A DNA stretch of 64,000 nucleotides from an uncultured Chloroflexia bacterium (GTDB taxonomy: Bacteria > Chloroflexota > Limnocylindria > Limnocylindrales > CSP1-4): positions 32,001 to 96,000 of the forward strand of contig CAVTHS010000002.1 in the NCBI GenBank assembly GCA_963734535.1, written 5' to 3'. The notes beneath the pieces were generated by a model that was given only the letters and a program-made list of their open reading frames with translations, was not told where the DNA came from and did no database searches. How positions within the stretch are numbered: the stretch's first letter is position 1; each line of letters starts with the position of its first letter. Below, piece by piece: positions 19,268 through 33,455 of the stretch. The translations under genes and the position numbers were made by a program.

Positions 19268-19921
19268 ATGCGCGTGCCGGACCTTGGATCGCTGATTGCG
19301 GACGTCCAGGCGCGACGCATGGCGCTCGATGCCACGGGCTCCTACTTCGTGACCGACATCGACGCTGCGCACGCGGAGGACTTCGCGAAGTCGATCCTGC
19401 TCATGAGCATCCCCCGGCGCGGCCAGCGGGACCAGCCGATCACCGTCTACATCAACTCCGGCGGCGGCTCCGTGGGCGATGGCCTGGCGATGATGGAGAT
19501 GATCAACCGGATGCGGCGCCGATTTGACGTCCGGATCGACACCGTCGTGCTGGGGTACGCGTACTCGATGGGCGCCATCGTCAGCCAGGCCGGCGACCAT
19601 CGCTCGATCGGCCGCTTCGGGACGCTCATGCTCCACTCGACGCAATGGATCCTGTCGGGCGAGGACGAGCGCATCTTCAAGGACTACCAGCAGCTCTCCG
19701 AGCACTACCAGCACACGGTGGCCGAGCTCTTCGCGCGCAGGACCGGCTATCGCGACGAGGCGTGGTGGCGACGCTTCATCTGGTCCGGCCGCGAGCGCTT
19801 CCTCGGCCCGGACGAGTGCCTTCAGCTGGGCCTGGTGGACGAGATCCTCGAGCCAGCCAACCTGCCGGTTGCGACGTCGGGGCCGCAGTCGCCGAAGCAG
19901 GAGCCGCCGACGACGGGCTGA
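19268..19921 (+). CDS. ClpP-like serine protease (S14)
   Basis: ITVYINSGGGSV, AYSMG (Ser), LMLH (His), RERFL..GLVDEI. Confidence 0.88.
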   Translation: MRVPDLGSLIADVQARRMALDATGSYFVTDIDAAHAEDFAKSILLMSIPRRGQRDQPITVYINSGGGSVGDGLAMMEMINRMRRRFDVRIDTVVLGYAYSMGAIVSQAGDHRSIGRFGTLMLHSTQWILSGEDERIFKDYQQLSEHYQHTVAELFARRTGYRDEAWWRRFIWSGRERFLGPDECLQLGLVDEILEPANLPVATSGPQSPKQEPPTTG

Positions 19922-19995
19922 CCGGCGGGAGCACGAGCCGCCACGTGCCGGCGACGGCTACGGCGGGCGCCGCGAGTCCGGTAACAGGGGAGGTG

Positions 19996-20173
19996 TGCCG
20001 GATGGCATCCCCACCCGTGCCGGACGGCATGGTGCGCAGGCCACTCGACACGGTGGGATTCGTGCGCGGCAGCGACAACCGACGCGGATCGGGCCCGCGA
20101 GGGCCGTATTCGCACGTGCGCATTCGGGTGCCAGATGGCACTCGATGGCGTGCAGGATTGGTGCCGGCGGGCA
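19996..20173. promoter_or_regulatory. Array of four TGCC-N4-GGCA palindromes upstream of doxX
   Basis: Copies at 19996, 20018, 20129 and 20162. Confidence 0.55.
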
Positions 20174-20290
20174 CCCGCGCAGCGTGACCGATGGCGGAGA
20201 CGGACGAGGGTTGATGTCCCGCAGGCTGCGTGAAGCAGATAGACCGGGCCGCGACAGGGACGCGGCCGGAAGGAAGGGAGTCAACACAAC

Positions 20291-20893
20291 ATGCGGATCA
20301 CGAGTCGGCCGTTCGGCCTGGCGACCGCCATCGGGCGGATCGCCATCGGGATCATCTACCTCTGGGCAGGCCTCGAGAAGCTCTCGGTCGGAGACGGGAA
20401 GGGCGGCCCCTTCTCGGCGGTCGGCTTCCTCAAGTTCGGGACGAACGGGACTCTCGGATGGCCGTTCGTGTCCGGGACGCCGGCAGACGGCACGGTCTTC
20501 AACCCGACGCACGACTTCTGGGTGAGCCTGGCCGGCAGCGGCATCATGCCGCTCATCAACCTGCTCGTGGTCGTCGGCGAAGTGGGCATCGGCCTGGCGC
20601 TGATCCTGGGCATTGCGACGCGGTTCGCCTCGGCGATGGGCACGCTGATGATGATCTTCTTCTTCTTCGCGGCCTGGGACTACGCGTTCGGCATCGTGAA
20701 CCAGCACCTGACCTACGCGGTGGTCACGTTCGGCCTCGGCGTCATCGGGGCGGGCAACTACTACGGCCTCGACCGGGTCATCGCGCAGGAGCTTCCCGGC
20801 GGGCGTTCGGACGTGGCTTCTCTCGGGCGACCCGGAGGACTCCGCACGGGCCACCGCCTGACGGTTACCCCAGACGGCCGTCGGGACCCCTGA
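20291..20893 (+). CDS. DoxX/DoxD (TQO small subunit-like) membrane protein
   Basis: RIAIGIIYLWAGLEK, GEVGIGLALILG, VNQH, AGNYYGLD; AAGGGAG RBS. Confidence 0.88.
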   Translation: MRITSRPFGLATAIGRIAIGIIYLWAGLEKLSVGDGKGGPFSAVGFLKFGTNGTLGWPFVSGTPADGTVFNPTHDFWVSLAGSGIMPLINLLVVVGEVGIGLALILGIATRFASAMGTLMMIFFFFAAWDYAFGIVNQHLTYAVVTFGLGVIGAGNYYGLDRVIAQELPGGRSDVASLGRPGGLRTGHRLTVTPDGRRDP

Positions 20894-20918
20894 CCGGCAG
20901 CCGTCAACCAGCGTCCCG

Positions 20919-20961
20919 GGTGAAGCCCGGCAGGCCACGTGCCCGCCGGGCTTCACCTTTT
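20919..20961 (+). terminator. Rho-independent terminator
   Basis: GGTGAAGCCCGGC..GCCGGGCTTCACC followed by TTTT. Confidence 0.85.
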
Positions 20962-20990
20962 CTGCTCGCCGGCGTCTCGAGTCCGGCCAT

Positions 20991-21028
20991 TCGAACAGGT
21001 GGTCGGTTCGACGTTCCGGGCGTATACT
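20991..21028 (+). promoter_or_regulatory. Putative LexA (SOS) box and -10 element of lhr
   Basis: CGAAC-AGGT-GGTCG (one mismatch to CGAAC-N4-GTTCG); TATACT at 21023-21028. Confidence 0.55.
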
Positions 21029-21037
21029 CCCGCTCCC

Positions 21038-25764
<4,727 letters not shown>

Positions 25765-25800
25765 CCCGGCAGCTCGAGAGCCTGCCAGGGCCGGCTCCGG

Positions 25801-26772
25801 TCAGGCAGCCAGGCCGAAGAAGCCGCGCGCCGCCTCGCGCAGCCGGTGCCTCGGGCGCCCTGGACCCGGGTCGGCATGTCCGCTCGGCCGGCCGCGCCAG
25901 GCGCGGGACATCGCGACCAGCCGCGCGGCCCACGCCCGCCACGTCGCGGGCCGCAGGAACCACGCCGGGTCCGGCTTGAGCCAGAGCGATGGGACGAGGG
26001 CCCACAGGAAGACCAGGTAGTCGAGGCGCGCCGGCCGGGGGAGGCCGAACAGGACGGAGAGCTGGACCAGCGTGAGCGGGAGTGTGGCGAGCGTCAGCAG
26101 CGCGGCGACGGCAAGGAACAGGACGCCGTGCAGGCGTGCCTTCGGGGCAAGGATCGGCAGGAAGGCGATCGGGATCCATTTCATGGCAACGGCCAGGGCC
26201 CAGAGGATGCCGCCGGTCCGCGGACCCGTGAACCGGGCCCCCCACAGGACCAGGACGAGTACGAGGTTGATGTTCCCGGTGTCGAGATTGGCGAAGGCCG
26301 GGAACGCGAGCAGGAGCGCCGTCACGGCCGTCGCGAGCGGATGGCGCCGATAGGCCCACGCCACGGTCCACAGGAGCAGCACGATCGTCCCGCCGCGCCA
26401 CACGAACCAGGCCACGTCCCACGGGAGGAGCGCCCACGGCGCGAAGACAGGAAGCAGCCACGGCGCATAGACGTAGGGCATGAACGGGCTTGCGGGGTGG
26501 TACGGATCGCCGCCATTGAGCCAGATCCGGACGGCGGCCCAGTAGGCCCGTGCGTCAACGCCTGCAAGCTCGCCGCGCGCGAACATCCCGGCCAGGCCGA
26601 TCCCACCGGCCACCGCGAGCAGGAGGATCGCGACAAGCCGGCGCCGGTCGCGAAGGTGGGAGGCCTGGCGTCGAAGGGCACGTCGAAGGACGCCCCCGCG
26701 CCTGCGCGTCGGGCGGCCGACGAGCCCGCCCGGGCGCACATCCACCGGCCCCGTCCCAATCCCCGATGCCAT
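25801..26772 (-). CDS. Glycosyltransferase family 87 (GT-C)
   Basis: DARAYWAAV..GGDPY..YVYAP, GNIN, AMKW motifs; multi-TM. Confidence 0.82.
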   Translation of the reverse strand: MASGIGTGPVDVRPGGLVGRPTRRRGGVLRRALRRQASHLRDRRRLVAILLLAVAGGIGLAGMFARGELAGVDARAYWAAVRIWLNGGDPYHPASPFMPYVYAPWLLPVFAPWALLPWDVAWFVWRGGTIVLLLWTVAWAYRRHPLATAVTALLLAFPAFANLDTGNINLVLVLVLWGARFTGPRTGGILWALAVAMKWIPIAFLPILAPKARLHGVLFLAVAALLTLATLPLTLVQLSVLFGLPRPARLDYLVFLWALVPSLWLKPDPAWFLRPATWRAWAARLVAMSRAWRGRPSGHADPGPGRPRHRLREAARGFFGLAA

Positions 26773-26819
26773 TTCGGGGAGTATCGCATCGCGCCGACAG
26801 CGAGGCGACCGTGCCGCGA

Positions 26820-26885
26820 CCTGCCACAGACCGGCGGGCGTCGCGCCCGCGGCCTGCCGCTGACCGGCGGGCGTCGCGCCCGCGG
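26820..26885. repeat. 33-bp tandem duplication in divergent promoter region
   Basis: CCTGCCACAGACCGGCGGGCGTCGCGCCCGCGG / CCTGCCGCTGACCGGCGGGCGTCGCGCCCGCGG. Confidence 0.85.
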
Positions 26886-26908
26886 CCCCGACACGGCACA
26901 CTCCGCGG

Positions 26909-28264
26909 ATGGAGAGCAGCCCGGTCGACGCGATCCGCGTCTTCGTCCTCCTCGTGACGGCGGCTTCCGTGGTGGGCGTGGTTGCTGGGCGAATCCGGCT
27001 GCCGTACGCGGTTGGCCTGGTCCTCCTCGGGCTCGCCGCGGGATACGTGCTCCCGGAGGCCGCGCGCGGGATCACCCCGGACCTCGTGCTGGCCGTGCTG
27101 CTCCCCGGGCTCATCTTCGAGGCGTCCTTCCGGACGCCGCTCGAGCCGTTTCGCTGGGCCGTCTCCCGGGTCGTGGTGCTCGCGGTTCCTGGCGTGATCC
27201 TGACCGCGCTCGTCGTCGCCGTGGTGGTCCACCTGGGCACCGGCCTCTCGCTTGGATCGGGCCTCCTCGTCGGCGCGATGGTCTGCGCCACGGATCCGGC
27301 CTCGGTGGTCTCCACCTTCCGACGGGTGGCCGCGCCCGACCGGCTGCGGACTCTCGTGGAGGGCGAGAGCCTCCTCAACGATGGGACGAGCCTGGTGATC
27401 TTCGTGGTCGCGCTGCGCATCGTGACGGGCGGCCTCGGCGCCGGGGACGCGGCGATCTTCTTCGTCACGACGCTCACCATCAGCGCCCTGATCGGCGGGG
27501 CGCTGGGGTTCGTGACGGTGCAGGTCCTGCGCACTGTCGACGATCACGTCCTCGAGGCGACGATCACGATCGCATGCGCGTACGGGGCGGCCGTCATCGC
27601 CGACGGGCTGGGCGAGTCGGGGATCATCGCGACGGCCGTCGCGGGCCTCGTCCTGGGAACCTACGGCCGTCGCGTCGCCCTGTCGGCCGAGACCGAGCAG
27701 GCCCTCGACGAGGTCTGGGAGGTGGCCGCGTTCGTGCTCGCTGCGCTCATCTTCCTGGTCGTCGGCGCGGCGATCCCGCTGCCTCGCCTTCTCGCCGACG
27801 CCGGCCCGGTCGGGGTGGGCGTCATCGCGATCCTCGTCGCGCGGCTGCTCACCGTCTACGGGCTGCTGGGCCTGGGCGAGCGCCTCATCGCGCGCGTCCG
27901 TCGTGGGCGCCCGTCCCTAGCCAGCAGCGTCCGCGCGGCCGCCCGTGAGCGCTGGTCTCTCGCGGAGCCCGAGGGTCCGAGCGTCGTCCCGCTCGCCTGG
28001 CTTCACGTGCTCTCGTTCGCGGGCCTGCGCGGCTCGGTGACGGTGGCGCTCGCGCTCGCGCTTCCCGCCGGCCTGCCGGATCGGGCCGCGGTCCAGACGC
28101 TGACCTTCGGGATCGTGGTCGTGACACTGCTCGTCTTCGGCCTGCTGGCGGGCCCGTTCGTCGGCTGGGCGCTCCGGCGCGCCCCGGCGGAAGCCGCCGA
28201 TGGGACGCCCACCACGCCAGGCGGGGAGGCACCCGCCACGTCCGGCGCCGCGGGAGACGGCTGA
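26909..28264 (+). CDS. CPA1 Na+/H+ antiporter
   Basis: LPGLIFEAS, ATDPASV, EGESLLNDG, GLRGSV. Confidence 0.93.
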   Translation: MESSPVDAIRVFVLLVTAASVVGVVAGRIRLPYAVGLVLLGLAAGYVLPEAARGITPDLVLAVLLPGLIFEASFRTPLEPFRWAVSRVVVLAVPGVILTALVVAVVVHLGTGLSLGSGLLVGAMVCATDPASVVSTFRRVAAPDRLRTLVEGESLLNDGTSLVIFVVALRIVTGGLGAGDAAIFFVTTLTISALIGGALGFVTVQVLRTVDDHVLEATITIACAYGAAVIADGLGESGIIATAVAGLVLGTYGRRVALSAETEQALDEVWEVAAFVLAALIFLVVGAAIPLPRLLADAGPVGVGVIAILVARLLTVYGLLGLGERLIARVRRGRPSLASSVRAAARERWSLAEPEGPSVVPLAWLHVLSFAGLRGSVTVALALALPAGLPDRAAVQTLTFGIVVVTLLVFGLLAGPFVGWALRRAPAEAADGTPTTPGGEAPATSGAAGDG

Positions 28265-28265
28265 G

Positions 28266-29496
28266 ATGGCGAGCGAATTCGCCTGCCCTCGTCACCGACC
28301 GCGAGCTTGCCGCGATTCGTGGGCGGATCGGCGCGGCCGAGCCGGACCTGCTCGCCGACCTGGCCCGCCTCGTGAACGTCGACTGTGGGAGCTACGACCG
28401 CGACGGCGTGAACGAGATCGCGACCTGGACCGCCGCCTTCCTCGCCCGGATCGGGGGCGAGGTCATCCGTCACGCGGATCCGGCCGGGAGGCTCGGTGAC
28501 ACCGTCGAAGCTGTCTTCCGGGGTGCGCCCGGCGGTCCGCGGGCGCTCGTGATCGGGCACACCGACACGGTCTTCCCGCTCGGCACGGTCGCAGTGCGGC
28601 CATTCCGGCTCGCCGACGGCATCGCGACGGGACCCGGCGTGACCGACATGAAGGCGGGCCTTCTCACCCTGCTCTACGGGCTCGAGGCGGTCCATGCGCA
28701 GGGCACGCTCCCGTTCGAGCGCCTGACGGTCATCGCGAACCCGGACGAGGAGATCGGCTCGCCGGTCTCCTCGTCCCACGTTCGGCGGGTCGCGGCGGAA
28801 AGCGACCTGGCCCTCGTCCTCGAATGCGCCCGGGCGAACGGCGATATCGTCTCGTCCCGCAAGGGGGTCGTCGACTACGTGGTGACGATCACGGGCCGCG
28901 AGGCGCACGCAGGCGTCGAGCCCGAGAAAGGGCGCAGCGCGATCCTCGAGGCGGCGCACCAGGTCGTCGCCCTCCACGGGCTCACGGGCCGGTGGCCCGG
29001 CGTGACGTGCAACGTGGGTGTCATCGAGGCCGGGACGCGCTCGAACGTCGTGGCCGGCCAGGCCGTCCTGCAGGTCGACCTGCGGGCGACGGATCGAGCC
29101 GGACTCGAGGCCGCCATCGCCGCGATCCAGGCGCTTGCCGCCGCCCCGACGGTCCCCGACGTGCTCGTGACCGTGATGGAGCGCCATCGCCACTGGCCCA
29201 TGGAGAAGCTGGCGCGCTCGACCCGGCTGGTCGAGCACGCGCAGGCCCTTGCCGCCCGGCTGGGCTTCGCGGTCAGGGACGCCGCGACCGGTGGCGCCTC
29301 GGATGCGAACACGACGGCGGGGATGGGGGTGCCGACGCTCGACGGCCTGGGCCCGGTCGGCGGCCTCGATCACTCGCCGGACGAATGGCTGGATGCGTCG
29401 AGCATCGTCCCCCGGACTGCGCTGTTCGCCGCGCTGCTCCTTGCGACCGGGCGCGACCCGGAGATCGCCGCCTGGCGGGCTGACGCCTCCCGCTGA
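28266..29496 (+). CDS. M20 metallopeptidase (carboxypeptidase G2-like); probable frameshift near 5' end
   Basis: GHTDTV, GPGVTDMKAG, DEEIG, GGASD, HSPDEW. The reading frame extends upstream of 28372 to about 28285. Confidence 0.88.
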
Positions 29497-29573
29497 CGGG
29501 CCGGATGGGCTCCCGCCCGTGGAGCCGGCGCGGCCGGCCGGCGACGCGACCACCGTCTCGGAGCGACCCCGGG

Positions 29574-29639
29574 TCAGCCGGCGCCGAGCGCCCGGGCGGC
29601 GGCCGCTCAGCCGGCGCCGAGCGCCCGGGCGGCGGCCGC
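29574..29639. repeat. Perfect 33-bp tandem duplication of azlD 3' end
   Basis: TCAGCCGGCGCCGAGCGCCCGGGCGGCGGCCGC x2. Confidence 0.9.
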
Positions 29640-29939
29640 GACCACGACCGCCACGAGCAGCCCCAGGAACAGGTTCCTCCGCCACGCGACGAGGGCGGCA
29701 CAGGCCAGCACGGCGACCGCGTCGATCCCGACGTGGAACGTGGCGTGGCCACCGGCGCCGCTCGTGAGCAGCACCTGCGACGCGGCGATCGCGGCGAGAA
29801 CGGCCGGTCCGACGAGGCGGAGGTACTCGAGGGCGCCGGGCGGCAGGCGCTCGAAGGCAGGGGCGAGGAGCGGGATGGCGCGCGACGGGTACGTGACCGC
29901 GAACATGAGGAGCGCGAGGCCGACCAACCCGACGTTCAT
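29607..29939 (-). CDS. azlD: AzlD branched-chain amino acid exporter small subunit
   Basis: VTYPSRAIP..LRLVGPAVLAAI..RRNLFLG. Confidence 0.85.
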   Translation of the reverse strand: MNVGLVGLALLMFAVTYPSRAIPLLAPAFERLPPGALEYLRLVGPAVLAAIAASQVLLTSGAGGHATFHVGIDAVAVLACAALVAWRRNLFLGLLVAVVVAAAARALGAG

Positions 29940-29949
29940 GCCCGGCGCC

Positions 29950-30753
29950 TCACGGGGCGAGGCCGTCGTCGGAACGGTTTGGCACGCTGAACGAAGCCGG
30001 GTCGGCGGCCAGCTCGTCGGCCTCCGGGACCGCCGGGTCGCGACGCGGGACAAGGAGGCCCGCGACCGGACCGAGGAATCCGCCCGCCAGCACGCCCGCG
30101 CGTGGGTCGACCACGATCCCGACGACGAGCGCGATCCCCACCGCGGCGACCCCGGCGACGATCTCGCGCCGCCCGGTCGCGAGGCCGACTGCGAGCCCGG
30201 CCATCGCGGCGGGAAACACGATGTCGAGCCCGACGACCCGAGGGTCGGGGATTGCCTGGCCGCCCAGGACGCCAACGACCGTCGCGACGTTCCACGGGAT
30301 GAAGACGCCACCGATCGCTGCCAGCCAGTAGCCGCGACGGTCGGCGAACCCGAGCCGCCGGAAATGGACCAGGCTGAGCGCGAACGACTCGTCCGTCAGG
30401 ACGTGCGCCATGAGCGCCCGCTCGTGGCGCGGCCGGTCCCGAAGCCACGGGCCGAGGGCGGCCGCGTAGAGGAGATGCCGGGAATTGACGAGCGCGGTCA
30501 GGACCACGACCGCGGGCCAGCCGAACCCGGCCCCGATCATCCCCGCGGCGATGAACTGCGACGCGCCCGCGAACACGATCACCGAGAACGCGACCGCCTC
30601 CACCGGGGAGAACCCGTTCGCTCGCGCCGTCAGCCCGAAGACCACCCCGAAACCCGCGGCCGATGCCACGATCCCGGCCATGTCGAACAGCAGCCGGCGA
30701 CGCGCGGCCCGGAGGGTGGGGCCGCCAGGTTCGGCACCCTGGGCCAGCGTCAT
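29950..30753 (-). CDS. azlC: AzlC branched-chain amino acid exporter
   Basis: SVIVFAGASQF, VNSRHLLY, LTDESF. Confidence 0.92.
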   Translation of the reverse strand: MTLAQGAEPGGPTLRAARRRLLFDMAGIVASAAGFGVVFGLTARANGFSPVEAVAFSVIVFAGASQFIAAGMIGAGFGWPAVVVLTALVNSRHLLYAAALGPWLRDRPRHERALMAHVLTDESFALSLVHFRRLGFADRRGYWLAAIGGVFIPWNVATVVGVLGGQAIPDPRVVGLDIVFPAAMAGLAVGLATGRREIVAGVAAVGIALVVGIVVDPRAGVLAGGFLGPVAGLLVPRRDPAVPEADELAADPASFSVPNRSDDGLAP

Positions 30754-30784
30754 CGGCGTCGTCGGTCGAGTCGAGCGGGAACCC

Positions 30785-31048
30785 TCAGCGGAGCGCGGTC
30801 TTTCCGCAGCGGTCGCACACGACGTAGACCGCGTGCTGGTCGCGCGCATAGCCGGCCGCGTGGAGGATGCCACCGCAGCCTGCGTGATGGAACGTCCACC
30901 AGCGTTCGCCCGCGTCGAGGGGCGAGGACTCGCCCGCGATCGTCACGTCGAGGCCCGCGTGGGCGGCGACGGTCGCGTCCACGGCCGCGGCGCGCTCGAC
31001 CTCGGACTCGCTCGAGTACGGGTAGGACTGGGAGATGTTCGAGGTCAC
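30785..31048 (-). CDS. Small hypothetical protein with putative Zn-ribbon
   Basis: GGAGG RBS + GTG; HHAGCGG..VCDRCGK; 87 aa. Confidence 0.65.
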   Translation of the reverse strand: MTSNISQSYPYSSESEVERAAAVDATVAAHAGLDVTIAGESSPLDAGERWWTFHHAGCGGILHAAGYARDQHAVYVVCDRCGKTALR

Positions 31049-31175
31049 CGGGTCCTCCGCGGGCGGTGCGGACGTGGCGTGCGCCGCAGGTGATGGCTGG
31101 TCCGGGGGCGAGTATCGCACGCGTCCCCTGCGTGGGCGCGACGCCCCGGGGCGGTTCCCGCGTGGGCCTCCACCA

Positions 31176-31727
31176 TCAGGCGGGCGGATCTCCGAGCCCC
31201 TGGCGCCAGGCGCGCTCGAGCACATCGACGATCGGGAGGGTCAGGTGCGCCCGAAGGGTGGCCGCGCACGCCACGTTCCAGCAGGCCATGATCGCCAGGC
31301 GCGGATCCCAGGGCGCCACCGCGTCCTCGATCAGCCCGATCGCCGCGTGCTGGAGCGGCCGGGCGGCCGAGCCGGGACGCAGGAACCGGGCCAGGTCGCC
31401 GAAGACACCGGCCTGCTCCCGGCCGCTCAGCCGCCCACCGAACCGCCCGACGTCCAGCCCGGTGAGCCCCGACGCCACCGCGACGACGACCGCCTCGAAG
31501 AGCTCGTTGACCTCCCGGCCCTCCGACGTCGTCAACCGCGGGCCCTCGTACCACGCGAGCGAGAAGCCCTTGTCCACCCGGCCGCGATATGGCTTCTCCG
31601 CGCCCAGGGCGCGGACGGCCGCGTCCAGCGCGTGCATGTCGTCGATGGTGAGGCTGCCGAACCGCCGCAGGACCGCGGCGCGCGCTCCCGGGTGGAAGAG
31701 GGGATCGCGCCCCGAAGAGCCGCTCAC
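31176..31727 (-). CDS. Hypothetical protein coupled to ggt
   Basis: 183 aa, protein-like composition, GTGA overlap with the ggt stop. Confidence 0.65.
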   Translation of the reverse strand: MSGSSGRDPLFHPGARAAVLRRFGSLTIDDMHALDAAVRALGAEKPYRGRVDKGFSLAWYEGPRLTTSEGREVNELFEAVVVAVASGLTGLDVGRFGGRLSGREQAGVFGDLARFLRPGSAARPLQHAAIGLIEDAVAPWDPRLAIMACWNVACAATLRAHLTLPIVDVLERAWRQGLGDPPA

Positions 31728-33403
31728 CAGGCGGCCGGGAGCCCGAGGGAACGCGGGTCGGCCGCCGCCGCCAGGGTGCCGCCGCGAGCGGGACCGCCCT
31801 CCACCAGCTCGATCGCGTGGGCATGCCCCAGCCCGCCGTCGAACGGCGCGCGGACGTCGAGGCGGTGGCCCATCGCGGCCAGCCCGGCAAGGAGCCCGTC
31901 ACGGAAGCGCGGCTCGATGACAACCGAGTCCGGGGGCGCGAAATGGCTGGGCGACGCCGCGTGCCAGCGCGGCGCGGCCACCGCCGTCGCGACGTCCACG
32001 CCGCCATCCACCAGCGCCGACACGACCTGGGCGAAGATCGCCGGCTGCGCGTCGCCGCCCATGGACCCATGGACCACCCAGGGGCGCCCGTGGCGCAACA
32101 GCATGCCGGGCAGGAGCGTGTGGAGCGTGCGCTTGCCGGGGGCCAGCACGTTCGGGTGGCCCGGGTCGAGGCTGAAGTAGCTCCCGCGGTTCTGGTAGGC
32201 GATCCCGGTCGCAGGGTCCACGATCCCGGAGCCGAAGCCCGCGTAGTTGGATTCGATCAGGCTCACGGCGTTGCCCTCGCCATCGACGGCCGCGAGGTAG
32301 ATCGTCCCGCCGCCGGGCGGGTTCGTGGCCGGTGGTGGGTCGGCGGCATGGCCGGCGTCGATCCCCCTGGCGAGCCCGGCGCCGTACGCCGGGTCCAGCA
32401 GGCGATCGACCGGGACCGAGCCGAAGGCCGGGTCCGTCAGGTGGGCGTCCCGGTCGGCGAGGGCCAGCTTCGTCGCCTCGATCCCGAGGTGGACCCAGCG
32501 CAGGTCGGGGCCGGCGGTGACGCCCCCGCCGCCGGGAACGAAGTCGGCGGGACTCGGCGCCGGGAGCGCCCGCAGGATGTTCAGAACTTCCAGGCCGATC
32601 ACGCCCGAGCTGTTGGGCGGGTGCGTGGTCGCGGTGACGCCACGATAGTCGAGGGCCAGCGGCGCCTCCCAGGTTGACGCGTGGGCCGCCAGGTCCGACC
32701 GGGCGCACGCCGCACCGGCCGCCGCGAGCGCCGCGGCCTGCCGCGCCGCGATCTCGCCCTCGTAGAAGTCGTCGAGCCCCACCGTGGCGAGCCGCTCCAG
32801 CGTCGCCGCGAGCGCGGGCAGGCGAACCCGTTCGCCCAGGCGCCAGGGCCGGCCGCCCGCCCTGTAGACCGCGTGGAACCCGCGTGCGAGCGGGCCCAGC
32901 TCGATGTCGAAGACCCGCGCGGATCCCTCCACCGCCCGGGCGAAGAGCTCGTCGGCGGGGAAGCCGTCCCGGGCCAGCTCGATCGCGGGGGCGAGCAGCG
33001 CGGCGACGGGCAGGCGCCCCCAGCGGGCGTGCGCGTCGGCCCACGATCGGACGGCACCCGGGACGGTGATCGTGAGCGGCCCGCGGAAGGGGAGCGCCGC
33101 GAGCCCGCTGGCACGAAGCCGGGCGGGATCGACGCTCGCTGGAGCGCGGCCCGACCCGTTGAGCGCGGCCTGGGCGCCGGCCGCCTCGTCCCACACGAGC
33201 CAGAACGCGTCACCGCCCAGTCCGCAGGCCTCGCCCATGACCACACCCAGGACGGCGTTCGTGGCGATCGCGGCGTCGACGGCGCTTCCGCCCGATCGGA
33301 GAATGCCGAGGCCCGCCGCGGAGGCCAGGTGGTGCGGCGCGACCACGGCCCCGAACCCGCCGCGAGCGAGGGGGGCGGGCGCCAGCGGCCGGACGGCATC
33401 CAT
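31724..33403 (-). CDS. ggt: Gamma-glutamyltransferase family protein
   Basis: GGSAVDAAIA, GLGGDAF, GGT(nucleophile)IYL, QNRG, PGKRTLHTL, MGGDAQP. Confidence 0.95.
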   Translation of the reverse strand: MDAVRPLAPAPLARGGFGAVVAPHHLASAAGLGILRSGGSAVDAAIATNAVLGVVMGEACGLGGDAFWLVWDEAAGAQAALNGSGRAPASVDPARLRASGLAALPFRGPLTITVPGAVRSWADAHARWGRLPVAALLAPAIELARDGFPADELFARAVEGSARVFDIELGPLARGFHAVYRAGGRPWRLGERVRLPALAATLERLATVGLDDFYEGEIAARQAAALAAAGAACARSDLAAHASTWEAPLALDYRGVTATTHPPNSSGVIGLEVLNILRALPAPSPADFVPGGGGVTAGPDLRWVHLGIEATKLALADRDAHLTDPAFGSVPVDRLLDPAYGAGLARGIDAGHAADPPPATNPPGGGTIYLAAVDGEGNAVSLIESNYAGFGSGIVDPATGIAYQNRGSYFSLDPGHPNVLAPGKRTLHTLLPGMLLRHGRPWVVHGSMGGDAQPAIFAQVVSALVDGGVDVATAVAAPRWHAASPSHFAPPDSVVIEPRFRDGLLAGLAAMGHRLDVRAPFDGGLGHAHAIELVEGGPARGGTLAAAADPRSLGLPAAW

Positions 33404-33455
33404 GTCGTCGCATTCTAGGGCTGCCCCGGCGGCCCACGCCGGGTACCCTGCACCG

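Noticed and set aside
19268-19921. ClpP-like gene as a prophage head-maturation protease
   Set aside because: No portal, capsid, terminase or integrase genes nearby.
26820-29639. 33-bp repeats as a CRISPR array
   Set aside because: Each has only two adjacent copies with no spacers, the two units are unrelated, and there are no cas genes.
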